Below, piece after piece: positions 63,124-64,000 of a stretch of 64,000 bases of DNA (its first letter is position 1; each line of letters begins with the position of its first letter). The translations under genes and the position numbers were made by a program. The notes under the pieces were generated by a model. It was not told where the DNA came from and made no database searches. It saw only the letters and a list, made by a program, of their open reading frames with translations. Origin of the DNA: an uncultured Pelagibacteraceae bacterium (lineage in GTDB: Bacteria > Pseudomonadota > Alphaproteobacteria > Pelagibacterales > Pelagibacteraceae); NCBI GenBank assembly GCA_902594705.1, contig CACJNI010000006.1, positions 4,781 to 68,780 on the forward strand. The letters are read 5' to 3'.

Positions 63124-63498
63124 TTATATACCTTTATTTATAAGATTGTATATTTGATCTTTGTCAGTTAAACCAATTTCTCTTGCTACTTCTTTTTCAC
63201 CTTTAAAAACTACTATTGTGGTCCAATAATTAACAGCTAAAGCTTTAGCAATATCTTCATGTTCTGTTTGCTCATAAAATAAAAACTCAACATCTTTAAA
63301 GTCTTTCATTGCTTGATCGAAAACTTTTGTTTGTGCTGCACATGTTGAACAATATTCGTTCCAAGAATTAATAACGATTGTTTTACCAGATTTTTGAATT
63401 TCTAATAATTTTTTCAGATCAAAATTTGTAGTTTTTTCAAAACCAAATGAGATATTTGGTATTAAGAATAAAATTAGAAAGACAAAATATTTTTTCAT
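63124..63498 (-). CDS. Secreted thioredoxin-fold protein
   Basis: Signal peptide MKKYFVFLILFLIPNISFG. WNEYCSTCAAQ CxxC motif. 124 aa. Confidence 0.75.
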   Translation of the reverse strand: MKKYFVFLILFLIPNISFGFEKTTNFDLKKLLEIQKSGKTIVINSWNEYCSTCAAQTKVFDQAMKDFKDVEFLFYEQTEHEDIAKALAVNYWTTIVVFKGEKEVAREIGLTDKDQIYNLINKGI

Positions 63499-63511
63499 AA
63501 GCTTTATTTAA

Positions 63512-64000
63512 TTATCTGGTCATTCTTTTCAAGATGTTTTCTTTCAAAAATATTTGATGAAACAAAACTGCTAAAATATGCAATGAGATTAAAACTATTA
63601 ATGTATAATTTGAAATAACATGAACATTGTAAAATTGATCTGCTAAATCAAAATTATCTTCAATCCTTAATTTAAAAATAAAAAAATTTAGTTTTTCACC
63701 ATTAAATAGCTTTTTTAAAATTCCTGATGTTGTTATTGTTAAAAGTGCGACATAAAGAGCGAAATGATTCAATTTCGCAATCAAGTTTTGTCCAAAGAAT
63801 GCCTCAGGCATTAGTTTTGGGGACTTGCTAAAAAATTTATAAATTAACCTAAATAAGGTTATGTAAAATATGGATATTCCTACAATTACATGTACATTTT
63901 CAATAGTTATTCTTAAATCCGAAAAATCTAATCTGACCAAAATAAACCCCATTGGTATCTGAGCAATTAGAAGGAGCAAAGTGAACCAATGGAAAAATTT
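63512..64000 (-). CDS. Cytochrome b561-family membrane protein (N-terminus beyond the window end)
   Basis: The reading frame stays open to nt 64000 (..KFFHWFTLLLLIAQIPMGF..). Multi-TM with conserved His positions (FHW, NVHVI, HILAVLFH), typical of the b561/YceJ-like family. Confidence 0.6.
   Translation of the reverse strand, partial: KFFHWFTLLLLIAQIPMGFILVRLDFSDLRITIENVHVIVGISIFYITLFRLIYKFFSKSPKLMPEAFFGQNLIAKLNHFALYVALLTITTSGILKKLFNGEKLNFFIFKLRIEDNFDLADQFYNVHVISNYTLIVLISLHILAVLFHQIFLKENILKRMTR

Noticed and set aside
1-64000. Scan for CRISPR arrays, tRNA/rRNA genes, IS elements, integrases, phage genes, toxin-antitoxin pairs or known defence systems.
   Set aside because: No spacer is long enough or GC-rich enough for a tRNA or rRNA. 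There are no regularly spaced repeats. No ORF shows transposase, integrase, nuclease-helicase or restriction-modification-type motifs. The only repeats seen are the 18-bp pair at 50805-50854 and gene-internal domain duplications.

Overview
Visibly AT-rich, very gene-dense bacterial chromosome segment with about 70 protein genes. By hand tally only ~2 kb of the 64 kb lies between my gene calls, and many neighbouring genes overlap by 1-11 nt. I found no rRNA, tRNA, CRISPR array, transposase, integrase, prophage or recognisable defence genes. The content is what I would expect from a streamlined marine alphaproteobacterium of the SAR11/Pelagibacterales type: six periplasmic binding-protein transport systems, taurine catabolism, almost no regulators and minimal spacers. 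That assignment is an inference and is not verified.

Layout:
- 1-9.7 kb: sugar (ribose/fructose-type) utilisation string with a CUT2 ABC importer.
- 9.8-16.5 kb: ppc, ccdA, an azoreductase-like gene, a gamma-butyrobetaine-hydroxylase-like gene, an IMPase-family gene and a GATase gene.
- 16.5-22.7 kb: Dpp/Opp-type ABC system plus AhpD-like and DUF924 genes.
- 22.7-27.5 kb (minus strand): TRAP transporter operon with an isocitrate-lyase-family lyase and a beta-hydroxyacid dehydrogenase.
- 28.4-32.2 kb (minus strand): ten-gene string of very small proteins ending in an atypical SMR pair.
- 32.3-34.6 kb: persulfide dioxygenase-cysE-cysK.
- 34.7-38.6 kb: peroxiredoxin, methyltransferase, Asp/Glu racemase, MFS and LysE genes.
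- 38.6-46.6 kb: CUT1 ABC importer with no ATPase gene, joined to a bicupin, two tandem-NTF2 proteins, a short MetE-like protein and a HAD protein lacking its catalytic aspartates.
- 46.6-63 kb: organosulfonate-flavoured region holding a HisD/HpsN-like gene, a Pta-like gene, a BASS transporter, a tandem-wHTH regulator, an Ldh_2 dehydrogenase, an Fe3+/Afu-type ABC system, tauABC with a giant TauC, a class-III aminotransferase and alanine dehydrogenase.
- 63-64 kb: thioredoxin-like gene and a partial cytochrome b561.

Best candidates for something undescribed:
1. The orphan-fold enzyme set wired to the CUT1 importer (38.6-46.6 kb).
2. The small-fold gene string ending in an SMR pair that lacks the essential TM1 glutamate (28.4-32.2 kb).
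3. The tandem-duplicated wHTH regulator with a matching pair of 18-bp direct repeats (49.8-50.9 kb).
4. The TauC permease carrying a ~440-aa N-terminal extension.

All functional calls rest on motif and family recognition by eye. No database search was run.
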